11,311 bases of DNA, from the NCBI GenBank assembly GCA_039024555.1, contig JBCCQQ010000107.1, positions 1 through 11,311 on the forward strand, in the 5' to 3' direction. Made by a program: the position numbers and the translations under genes. This document shows, piece after piece, positions 1 to 7,318 of this stretch (positions within the stretch are counted from its first letter, which is position 1; each line of letters begins with the position of its first letter). The notes below the pieces were generated by a model. The model ran no database searches and was not told the origin of the DNA. It worked only from the letters and a program-made list of their open reading frames with translations. This DNA is from Cyanobacteria bacterium P01_D01_bin.156. GTDB lineage: Bacteria > Cyanobacteriota > Cyanobacteriia > Phormidesmidales > Phormidesmidaceae.

Positions 1-36
1 CTTCTCTAGATAGCTTTGGTAGATTGACGGTATCAT
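1..36 (-). CDS. First 12 codons of a putative IS4-family transposase (partial)
   Basis: Hand translation: ATG ATA CCG TCA ATC TAC CAA AGC TAT CTA GAG AAG. Open to the window edge, only 12 aa visible. Confidence 0.5.
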   Translation of the reverse strand, partial: MIPSIYQSYLEK

Positions 37-140
37 AGGGCGTGATAGGTCGTGTTCGTAAAACTAGCCTATCTTTTTTTATCTACCCATTCTTAACCAC
101 TGAATTTATAAGGCTTGCAGCAGTTGTGTAACCCCGTCAG
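1..140 (-). mobile_element. Probable left end of an IS4-family insertion sequence, continuing beyond the window edge
   Basis: Minus-strand ATG at 36 reads MIPSIYQSYLEK to the edge, resembling the M(L/I)PxFYQxxL N-terminus of cyanobacterial IS4 transposases (recalled, not searched). CTGACGGGGTTACACA (140-125) resembles their terminal inverted repeat. The adjacent gene remnant begins right after 140. Confidence 0.55.
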
Positions 141-349
141 TTGAATTATTCAATTTTGCACTTATGACCAATCTTGAGGTGAAAGAATATATATTAAAAC
201 TCTCACCCAGAATGATAAAGCTTTTTGAGCTTTGGGATAAGTCTGATATAGGAGCATTTAATCTGACTACTGTTGGAGTTGCAATAGCTCAAGCTAACTT
301 TCGACGACGTACTGGTTTAAAGTTTGATCTATCACTTTGGGTCAATTAA
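141..349 (+). pseudogene. C-terminal remnant of a gene cut by the putative IS, resembling the LPO_1073/Vpar_1526 family C-terminus
   Basis: ORF 164-349 ends ...LFELWDKSDIGAFNLTTVGVAIAQANFRRRTGLKFDLSLWVN, matching my recollection of the LTSVGIAIxHAN...DLSIWIN ending of that family. The frame stays open upstream (ELFNFAL from 143) to the putative IS end. AT-rich. Confidence 0.45.
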
Positions 350-509
350 GCCTTATATAAGGACTTTAAGGAACACTTTCACATGGGGCAGCTAAGCTTG
401 TTTACACCCTGCCAGTCTCTACGATTTCCTTACAGGCTTCTCACCCGAATTCATTAAACCCGATAAAACCAAACAATCTCGTAGAGCCACAAGCCAACTG
501 AGCTTATTC

Positions 510-727
510 CTAGACTTTGTAACCCCTTGGCGTAATCATACGACCCTGATGCAAAAACGTTCGGGAATTGCCGATAAGCACCACGGTGAGCATATCAATG
601 GTGGTCACACCCACCTCCTCCAACGTGAGACAGCGGACTGACTCTCCTGAACGGTAGAGAGAACGCGCGATCCACAATCGGAGTCTCAGCCAAACAATGC
701 CGCTGCATAATCTCCAAAGCAGTCTCA
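510..727 (-). pseudogene. cobJ 3'-end copy A (218 bp, about the last 71 codons, 1-nt insertion near 673)
   Basis: Aligns with 2100-2316. 510-672 vs 2100-2262 has 13 mismatches in 163 nt (11 synonymous). 674-727 vs 2263-2316 has 12 mismatches in 54 nt (ETALEIMQRHCLAETPIV vs EIALEILRRHRLGKTPVA). Confidence 0.95.
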
Positions 728-955
728 TGCCGCACTTACCGAGGCCACTAGACGATGTTCGCGATCAGCTGCGAATTCCAGACAAGCCCTGATATCAGTT
801 TCTACTAACTCTGGAAAGTCATCAATAATTTCATCCGTAGACATACCTGCGGCTAGCCAGCCTAAAACATCGTAGACTGTAATCCGCATCCGCCGGATGC
901 AAGGTTTTCCACTCCGTTTATCTGGTTCGATAGTGATGATACTGCGATAGCTCAT
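725..955 (-). CDS. DUF433 (COG2442) family putative antitoxin, VapB45-like, 76 aa
   Basis: Characteristic ITIEPDKRSGKPCIRRMRITVYDVLGWLAAGMS-DEIIDDFPEL-DIRACLEFAA pattern. ATG start, typical length. Confidence 0.92.
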   Translation of the reverse strand: MSYRSIITIEPDKRSGKPCIRRMRITVYDVLGWLAAGMSTDEIIDDFPELVETDIRACLEFAADREHRLVASVSAA

Positions 956-1067
956 AGTGTATGTGTGTCCAGCATTTTATACCTGCATAAGTTTAAAGCA
1001 GGCTAATACCTTGCTGCAACGGACGGGCGTAGGAGCACTCCCTTGTGTAAACCAGCCGAGCTTACGC

Positions 1068-1173
1068 CTAGACTTTGTAACCCCTGGGCGTAATCATGCG
1101 ACCCTGATGCAAAAACGTGCGCGAATTGCCGATCAGCACCACGGTGAGCATATCGATAGTCGTCACATCCACC
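1068..1173 (-). pseudogene. cobJ 3'-end copy B (106 bp, VDVTTIDMLTVVLIGNSRTFLHQGRMITPRGYKV*)
   Basis: Aligns with 2100-2205 with 7 mismatches in 106 nt (6 synonymous, 1 K/R). No start codon within the copied segment. Confidence 0.95.
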
Positions 1174-1333
1174 CATAGAATCGCGCACTGGGCATGACTG
1201 AGGCTACTGATGTAGGCTTTAGTCATGGCTCGCACAGGGCTAGAGGATGCGTGTAACGTTTAGCCTATACCGTTTGAGCTTTTTTACCCATTGAAACCCT
1301 TTTCATACAGTCTCTAACTACGGAGAGTAACCC

Positions 1334-1612
1334 ATGCAAATAACCCTCGAACTTCCTGATGATCTGGTTCAACATTTGAGCCCTAACCAGATGGCTCGTG
1401 AAATTGTCGAAGCACTAGCTGTACACGCCTATCAAACTGAAAAAATTACTCATGCTCAAGTAGGGAGTGTCTTAGGGTTACCTTCGCGTTGGGCAGTAGA
1501 TAGCTTTCTCAAGGAAAACAATGCTAATTTACATTACGATGAAGCGGATTTAGAGTGCGATCGTGAAACCCTCCGTCAATTGCGCATTCAACATTCGAAG
1601 AGTACCTCATGA
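1334..1612 (+). CDS. UPF0175 (COG2886) family putative antitoxin, 92 aa
   Basis: MQITLELPD N-terminus and ALAVHAYQTEKITHAQVGSVLGLPSRWAVDSFLKE...YDEADLECD pattern. GGAG at 1322-1325. ATGA overlap with the downstream PIN gene. Confidence 0.88.
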   Translation: MQITLELPDDLVQHLSPNQMAREIVEALAVHAYQTEKITHAQVGSVLGLPSRWAVDSFLKENNANLHYDEADLECDRETLRQLRIQHSKSTS

Positions 1613-2073
1613 TCGTTGTTGCTGACACTTCACCGATTAACTACTTGCTGCTAATCGACCAGATTGATCTACTCCATCACTTATTTCGAGAGATTATCAT
1701 TCCCGATGCGGTACGAGATGAAATGATTGATCCCGGTGCCCCCGTTGTTCTTCAGCAATGGATTGATAACTCTCCTGATTGGATTAAATTACAAGCCGTA
1801 TCTGTCACAGATAAGAGTTTGAGTACCCTCGATCCAGGAGAGCAAGCTGCCATTACGCTAGCTCAAACCCTACCAGCAGATCTGCTCATCATTGATGAAA
1901 GGTTGGGAAGGCGTGCTGCAAGTAGTTTAGGAGTTCCTATTATTGGTACTCTGGGAATATTAAATGATGCTGCAAATCAAGGGTTGATAAATCTTGCAGA
2001 GGCCATTGACCGTTTGCAAAAAACGAATTTCCGCGTCTCTCGTCGTATTATTCAAACATTGTTAGAAAGTTAA
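1609..2073 (+). CDS. DUF3368 (COG2405) PIN-domain putative toxin, 154 aa
   Basis: MIVVADTSPINYL, IPDAVRDE, LDPGEQAAI, LLIIDERLGRR, IIGTLGIL and NFRVS motifs. The PIN acidic residues look intact. Confidence 0.92.
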   Translation: MIVVADTSPINYLLLIDQIDLLHHLFREIIIPDAVRDEMIDPGAPVVLQQWIDNSPDWIKLQAVSVTDKSLSTLDPGEQAAITLAQTLPADLLIIDERLGRRAASSLGVPIIGTLGILNDAANQGLINLAEAIDRLQKTNFRVSRRIIQTLLES

Positions 2074-2099
2074 GAGCGGTCTCTTCCAAGCCGACAATT

Positions 2100-3971
2100 C
2101 TAGACTCTGTAACCCCTAGGCGTAATCATGCGACCCTGATGCAAAAACGTGCGCGAATTGCCAATAAGCACCACGGTAAGCATATCGATGGTGGTCACAT
2201 CCACCTCCTCCAACGTGAGACAGCGGACTGATTCACCTGAACGATAGAGAGAACGTGCGATCGCAACCGGCGTCTTCCCCAAACGATGCCGCCGCAAAAT
2301 CTCCAGCGCAATCTCAATCCCCCGAGTACGAGTCTTCGAACGCGGATTATACAACGCCACCACAAAATCTCCCTGAGCCGCCGCCGCCAAACGCTTCTCA
2401 ATCACCTCCCACGGCACCAACAAATCCGACAGAGAAATCGCACAAAAATCATGCATCAATGGGGCACCCACCCGGGCCGCCACCGCCTGCAGTGCCGTAA
2501 TCCCCGGAAACGCAGAAACACCCGGTGTCTGACCATCCCAGCCCCGCTGCACCAGGCATTCCATCACCAGTCCCCCCATACCATAAATGCCACAGTCGCC
2601 GGAGGACACCATACCCACAGTTAACCCCCGTTGTGCCAGGGCCACAGCTCGCTCCGCCCGCTGGACTTCCTGAGTGATTTTGCTAGTCTCAATCACCTGG
2701 TTGGGATGAAACAGAGGCCGCAACAAATCTAGATAGAGGCCATAGCCAATGACAACATCACAGTCCAGGAGGGCCGCACGAGCAGCAGCGGTGAGCTGGC
2801 CTAGATCACCAGGTCCCGACCCAATCAGATACAAGTGGCCGGGTCGGGGATTATATTCCTGAGCAGCGCGGGCAACAGCAATGGTGCAGGCTCCGTCACC
2901 CTTAAAAACTTGTTTCGTAATCACTAGTGCCTGACTTTGGGATGCCAGCAGCGCAGCGGCTTCTGCGACGGACGGTGTGCCCACAGCCTGAGCAACAACA
3001 TCGGATGGGTTAGGCACCGATGGCTCGGCTAGTTGGGCCGCGCTAAAAAATCGAAGCGGCCATTGGTACTGCTCTGCCAACGCTTGAAAAGCAACTTCAT
3101 CCTGCTTGAGGTCAATGGAGGCGATACCAGCGATGGATTGCCAGGCCAGGTTTTGATCCCGTAACACCTGCTGAATACTGGCCTCAATTAACTCTGTTGA
3201 TGTCCCCCGTTCACAGCCCAACCCAACCCACAGCGTACGAGGATGCCAGCACACCTCTGGGGTCTGCTCTTCTGAATTTTGAGTAGGAGGTAGCTGATCT
3301 GAAATCCACAGTCGCGCAGAGCCCTCTAGGTCCGAGGCTGCAGGGGCTTGATCTACAAAACAAAAAGGAGACTCTTCACGCAACATTTGTCGCCACAAAG
3401 ACTCACCACAGGTCTGGTGAACCGAGATTGGCTGTCGCTGCGCCAGAGCAGACGCCACCGCCGTCCAATTGCCCTCTCCCCGTTGCCACCCGTAGGGCTT
3501 TCCCAACAGATCCAAAGCTGGTAGCTGTTGCCCTTCAGAGGCTGACATAACCACCGGTTCCGCTCCCAATAGGGCCGCACATTGTCGAGTTAGGGCATCG
3601 GCTCCCCCCTGGTGTCCTCCACTCACGCTAACGACAAACTTGCCCATATCATCAATGGCCACCACCCCTGGGTCCTGGTGTTTGTTGTTAAGTAACGGTG
3701 CAATCAACCGCACCACCGCCCCCACTGGCAAGAAAAATATTAGCTGTGTCGCTCGGCCCCAGCATTCTGACACCACAGAAGCGACAGACCCATCGTATTT
3801 ATAGATATCAAGGCTGACCGAGGTATCTATTAGAGTATCTTCCCTGGTCCATAATTCTAAAGGTTGTAGACTATCCCAGAGTTGCAGACTTTGCTGACAG
3901 CCCGCCAGGGTGGGAGCAATCATCAAAATCTTAGAGTCAGGCTTTGCAAAAGACTTAGAAGCAATAGTCAT
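2100..3971 (-). CDS. cobJ: CbiG-CobJ/CbiH fusion: cobalt-precorrin-5A hydrolase plus precorrin-3B C17-methyltransferase
   Basis: CbiG motifs (GAVVRLIAPLL-KHQDPGVV, SGGHQGGAD, GLGCERG, VGTPSVAEAAAL), then CbiH motifs (GSGPG, VSSGDCGIYGM, PGITA, GAPLMHDFCAISLSD, ALYNPRS, MITPRGY). ATG at 3971 preferred over the ORF-track start at 3983. Confidence 0.95.
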   Translation of the reverse strand: MTIASKSFAKPDSKILMIAPTLAGCQQSLQLWDSLQPLELWTREDTLIDTSVSLDIYKYDGSVASVVSECWGRATQLIFFLPVGAVVRLIAPLLNNKHQDPGVVAIDDMGKFVVSVSGGHQGGADALTRQCAALLGAEPVVMSASEGQQLPALDLLGKPYGWQRGEGNWTAVASALAQRQPISVHQTCGESLWRQMLREESPFCFVDQAPAASDLEGSARLWISDQLPPTQNSEEQTPEVCWHPRTLWVGLGCERGTSTELIEASIQQVLRDQNLAWQSIAGIASIDLKQDEVAFQALAEQYQWPLRFFSAAQLAEPSVPNPSDVVAQAVGTPSVAEAAALLASQSQALVITKQVFKGDGACTIAVARAAQEYNPRPGHLYLIGSGPGDLGQLTAAARAALLDCDVVIGYGLYLDLLRPLFHPNQVIETSKITQEVQRAERAVALAQRGLTVGMVSSGDCGIYGMGGLVMECLVQRGWDGQTPGVSAFPGITALQAVAARVGAPLMHDFCAISLSDLLVPWEVIEKRLAAAAQGDFVVALYNPRSKTRTRGIEIALEILRRHRLGKTPVAIARSLYRSGESVRCLTLEEVDVTTIDMLTVVLIGNSRTFLHQGRMITPRGYRV

Positions 3972-4698
3972 GGCGGCGCACAATCAAAATAGAAAAATAA
4001 GGGGGGTTATAGTCGGCCAGATTCACCAGGCTGGAATATTGTTTCTCCTCTAGTGAACCCACTCGCTCCACCAAACTGGCCAGTTCTAGAAGTCCTTTTT
4101 CTTTTAGTGTGTGCCATACCTGACCGAACACGGATGACACCTTCATCAAGACAACAACATCGGCCCACTCCAAGGCATGGGTGAGTTCAGACACGTCATA
4201 CAGAGCAGGCAGGATAGCAATTTTCTCTGATCCTAAAGACAGAGGCCGATTGAGGGCCGCCATCGCTGCTAAGGGAGAACACACTCCAGGTACAGTGGTA
4301 ATTTTTATAGCAGGGGCCAAACGATGCACTGCCTGGGCTACATAGCTAAAAGTGCTGTATAGACTGGCATCCCCCTCCGTGATAAACGCCACATTCTGCC
4401 CCTGGGCCAACAGAGGCACCAGTGTTTCTCCCGCTGCCGCCCAGGCCTGCTGTAGCTGCACCGGATCGCGCACAAAGGGCAGATCCAAGGGCAAGATCGT
4501 TTGCTCAGGCCGTAAATGAGATTTGACAATACTATAGGCCATACCAGGCTCTCCCTGTCTATTCTGGGGACAGGCCACCACATCGACGGTTTGTAAAATT
4601 CGCAGCCCTTTTAGGGTGAGCAATTCACTATCTCCAGGACCGACGCTAATTCCCCATAACCGCCCCCGATCATGTATCAGTAACTCACTGGATGCCAT
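3955..4698 (-). CDS. cobI: Precorrin-2 / cobalt-factor II C20-methyltransferase (CobI/CbiL)
   Basis: GISVGPGDSELLTLKG, FITEGDASLYSTFSY, VPGVCS, VVLMKV and PYFS motifs. ATG at 4698 is preceded by AAGGAG. Confidence 0.93.
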   Translation of the reverse strand: MASSELLIHDRGRLWGISVGPGDSELLTLKGLRILQTVDVVACPQNRQGEPGMAYSIVKSHLRPEQTILPLDLPFVRDPVQLQQAWAAAGETLVPLLAQGQNVAFITEGDASLYSTFSYVAQAVHRLAPAIKITTVPGVCSPLAAMAALNRPLSLGSEKIAILPALYDVSELTHALEWADVVVLMKVSSVFGQVWHTLKEKGLLELASLVERVGSLEEKQYSSLVNLADYNPPYFSILIVRRHDYCF

Positions 4699-5965
4699 GG
4701 CCTTCTCCTTGAGCTGCAACAGGTTGAGAGGCCTGTAACAAAATCACAGGGTTTAAGGGAACAAAACGGGTGGCCCCTGCCAAGGTGGCGGAGCGGGAGA
4801 TATTGACCTGCAATAGCTTTACATCCCAGCCGTTATCTTGTAGCTGTTGCTTGGCCAGCATACAGGTTTCGAGGGTGGCAAAGTTGGCGACAATGACTCC
4901 ATTGGGTTGGATGCGATCGCAACACACCTCTAAAATCTCTGGCATCGCCTTACCACCTCCACCAATCACGATCCGATCGGGGTATGGCAAAGACTCAAGC
5001 GCCGCTGGAGCAACACCTCGGAGAGGTGAAATGTGAGCCGTATCAAAGCGACGACAGTTTTTTTCGAGCAGGGTGAGCCCCGCTGCAGTTTTCTCAATGG
5101 CATAGATACGGGCATCGGGGACCAGACGTGCAATCTCGATAGAAATGGAGCCGGTTCCAGCTCCCACATCCCACACTGTAATCTTTGGCCGTAATCTCAG
5201 CAGGGACAGGGATAATGCCCGCACTTCTTGCTTTGTAATTAAACCAGGCTGATCGGGAAAGGTGTGAAAGTCTTGATCAGCAATGCCAAAGAAGGGCTGG
5301 GGCATCTGTGGGCTTAGACTCTGTGCTTCTAGCACGACAACATTCGGGCTGGGGAACGAATGGGTTATGGCCTCTTCTATGGCAATTGCCTGGATAGTCT
5401 CCTCAGCGGCTCCCAGATGGCTACATACGGTCATACGGTACTGGACGGGTGGGCGGACATCTCGAATCAATCGAGCAATCTCTCCAGGTGTATGGACAAA
5501 ATCAGTTAGAACTGCCAAGGGAGACTTTCCTTGTTTAAGGGCTTGCTCTAGGTGAGCGGGCTGGCGACCGTGGACACTGATGATGGTGGCTGACTGCCAG
5601 GGAATTCCCAGACGGTTAAAGGTCAGCTGGACAGAACTGACATGGGGATAAAACCGAAGACATTGGCGATCGAAGTGTTCGGTTAGTAAGCGACCCAGAC
5701 CAAAAAAAAGTGGATCTCCACTAGCCAGGACCACCATCGATTTCTGTTGCAGAATATCCGCAATTTGCTCAATCCAAGCAACAATATCGCCCTCTAGGGG
5801 CAATGGGCGAGCTGGATAAATAGCTACAGTTCGTAAATGGGCTTTGCTGCCTGCAATGACTTCAGCTTTTTCTAAACAAGCTAAAGCATCAGGGGTGAGA
5901 CTCTGGAGTCCGTTTAACCCTAACCCAATGACGTGCAATAGGTTTTTAGGACAAGATTGCTTCAC
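4685..5965 (-). CDS. cbiE: Bifunctional CbiE-CbiT (CobL-like) C5/C15-methyltransferase (decarboxylating)
   Basis: VIGLG, VVLASGDPLFFGLG and SVHGR (CbiE). LITKQEVR, WDVGAGTGSISIE and PDRIVIGG (CbiT). GTG start. Confidence 0.93.
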   Translation of the reverse strand: MKQSCPKNLLHVIGLGLNGLQSLTPDALACLEKAEVIAGSKAHLRTVAIYPARPLPLEGDIVAWIEQIADILQQKSMVVLASGDPLFFGLGRLLTEHFDRQCLRFYPHVSSVQLTFNRLGIPWQSATIISVHGRQPAHLEQALKQGKSPLAVLTDFVHTPGEIARLIRDVRPPVQYRMTVCSHLGAAEETIQAIAIEEAITHSFPSPNVVVLEAQSLSPQMPQPFFGIADQDFHTFPDQPGLITKQEVRALSLSLLRLRPKITVWDVGAGTGSISIEIARLVPDARIYAIEKTAAGLTLLEKNCRRFDTAHISPLRGVAPAALESLPYPDRIVIGGGGKAMPEILEVCCDRIQPNGVIVANFATLETCMLAKQQLQDNGWDVKLLQVNISRSATLAGATRFVPLNPVILLQASQPVAAQGEGHGIQ

Positions 5966-6019
5966 GCCTGAGAGCTGTTAAACAAAATAGGATGCATACG
6001 AAGGACTTTTATACGCTCT

Positions 6020-6979
6020 TTAGGGTACCTGCCAAGCCCGCTCATGGTAATTCTTCTCTTTAGGATAGAGGTCGGGAATGCCGTGATATAACGTTTGGCC
6101 TTCAGGATGTTCATGGTTATGCCCATGTTCGTGATTGTGGTCGTGATGGTGCCCGTGATGGCCATGGCCATGGGCGCTGACCGCCTGGCGAAACTTACAG
6201 GTGTAGCAGTTCATGGAGACTTGACCAGCTTGGGCTTCTTGCTCGCGATCGCGAATTAACTCAAACAAAATCGGATCAGCACCAATCACGGATAGGCTCT
6301 GCATCTCTATGTCAGGATGAGCTGCCTGCTCGTGCTCAATAATAGTTTGAATCCGCTTCGCTAGCACCCCAGTAAACAGCAGGTGAGGAATCACAATAAT
6401 CCGCTCTGGATTCCATGCCCGCGCGCGCTCAAAACCTCGTTCCATACGCGGGTGAGTAATACCGGTAAAACACACCTCTAGATCCTGGTATCCACTGCCT
6501 TCCCACAGCATCCGCGCCAGCTTATACACATCGCCATTGGCATCTGGGTCTGACGCACCTCGCCCCACAAACACCAGTACCGTTTTCTCACGAGGCACTT
6601 TACTCTCTTTGTCTGCCTGCTCCAAACGCTTTTGCCACAGCTCCAACCATCGTAATGACACGCCAAAATGGCGACCATAGTTTAGCTTGAGCTGGGGATG
6701 ACGTTGGACAGCTCGGTCTAGCTCATTGGTGACATCAAACTTACTATGGCGGGCCGCAAACAGTAGCACCGGTAGCACCGTGAGTTCGTGATAGCCCTGC
6801 TCAACACAGCTATCGATACCTGCCTGAATCAAGGGATCCGTCAGCTCTAAAAAGCAAGGTACTACTGGGCGGCTAGCATCATAAGTCTGAAACTGATGGG
6901 CAAAATCAAGAAATGCCTGACGCCCATTCGCATCACGAGTGCCATGGCCCAAAAGTAAAAGAGGGTGAGATTGACTCAT
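6020..6979 (-). CDS. cbiX: Sirohydrochlorin cobaltochelatase, long-form CbiX with His-rich tail
   Basis: [28 protein letters not shown] and [13 protein letters not shown] motifs, MNCYTCKFR Cys motif and His-rich C-terminus. ATG at 6979 ([10 protein letters not shown]) preferred over 7069. Confidence 0.92.
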   Translation of the reverse strand: MSQSHPLLLLGHGTRDANGRQAFLDFAHQFQTYDASRPVVPCFLELTDPLIQAGIDSCVEQGYHELTVLPVLLFAARHSKFDVTNELDRAVQRHPQLKLNYGRHFGVSLRWLELWQKRLEQADKESKVPREKTVLVFVGRGASDPDANGDVYKLARMLWEGSGYQDLEVCFTGITHPRMERGFERARAWNPERIIVIPHLLFTGVLAKRIQTIIEHEQAAHPDIEMQSLSVIGADPILFELIRDREQEAQAGQVSMNCYTCKFRQAVSAHGHGHHGHHHDHNHEHGHNHEHPEGQTLYHGIPDLYPKEKNYHERAWQVP

Positions 6980-7318
6980 GTCGTTATCGAGGCCCCTGGG
7001 CAATCCAGAGAGATAGATGTCAGTGGTTAACGTTAACACTTGTCGGCATCGAAGAAATAAGGAATCCACTATTTATTAAGGAGGCTTACTTTACACATTT
7101 TTTTATGTTTTGGAAACCTGTAAACTCTCATGGTCTGCCAGCATCAAATATCTTGTAGAGAAGTGCCATGTTAAGAAAATGGGCATTGCTGATCCCCGAG
7201 ATGACTTCAGCTGTGAGATACCGTCAAATAACAATGGTTCTAGATCGATTCAGCCCCTAAATCAGCAATCGCAAAAAATGTTATTTAACTAAAGGCCCTT
7301 TCCGAATAGTTTTACAGA

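Noticed and set aside
127..135. TGTAACCCC, identical to a 9-mer in the cobJ tails, as a possible fourth copy
   Set aside because: The match does not extend on either side, a 9-mer hit is plausible by chance, and it lies inside the putative IS terminal repeat.
390..407. Inverted 15/18 similarity to the tail B flank (1045-1062)
   Set aside because: Within chance expectation for this amount of intergenic sequence, and not supported by the flank of tail A.
957..1188. ORFs 957-1178 (+) and 1003-1188 (-)
   Set aside because: They are antisense or off-frame readings of cobJ tail B with no recognisable family.
510..2316. CRISPR array or classical integron as the explanation for the repeats
   Set aside because: The repeats are 106-218 bp coding fragments of unequal length. 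No cas gene, integron integrase or clear attC boxes are present.
2195..6678. Small ORFs nested in cobJ, cobI, cbiET and cbiX (e.g. 2255-2500, 2286-2624, 4770-5036, 5283-5555, 5962-6171)
   Set aside because: Shadow frames of well-supported genes. The low-complexity 5962-6171 ORF is mostly the CbiX His tract read off-frame.
6913..7292. ORFs 6913-7158 and 7110-7292, and a CAGCTGTGA match to the B12 riboswitch near 7208
   Set aside because: No recognisable protein motifs, and no B12 box or other aptamer elements around the short match.
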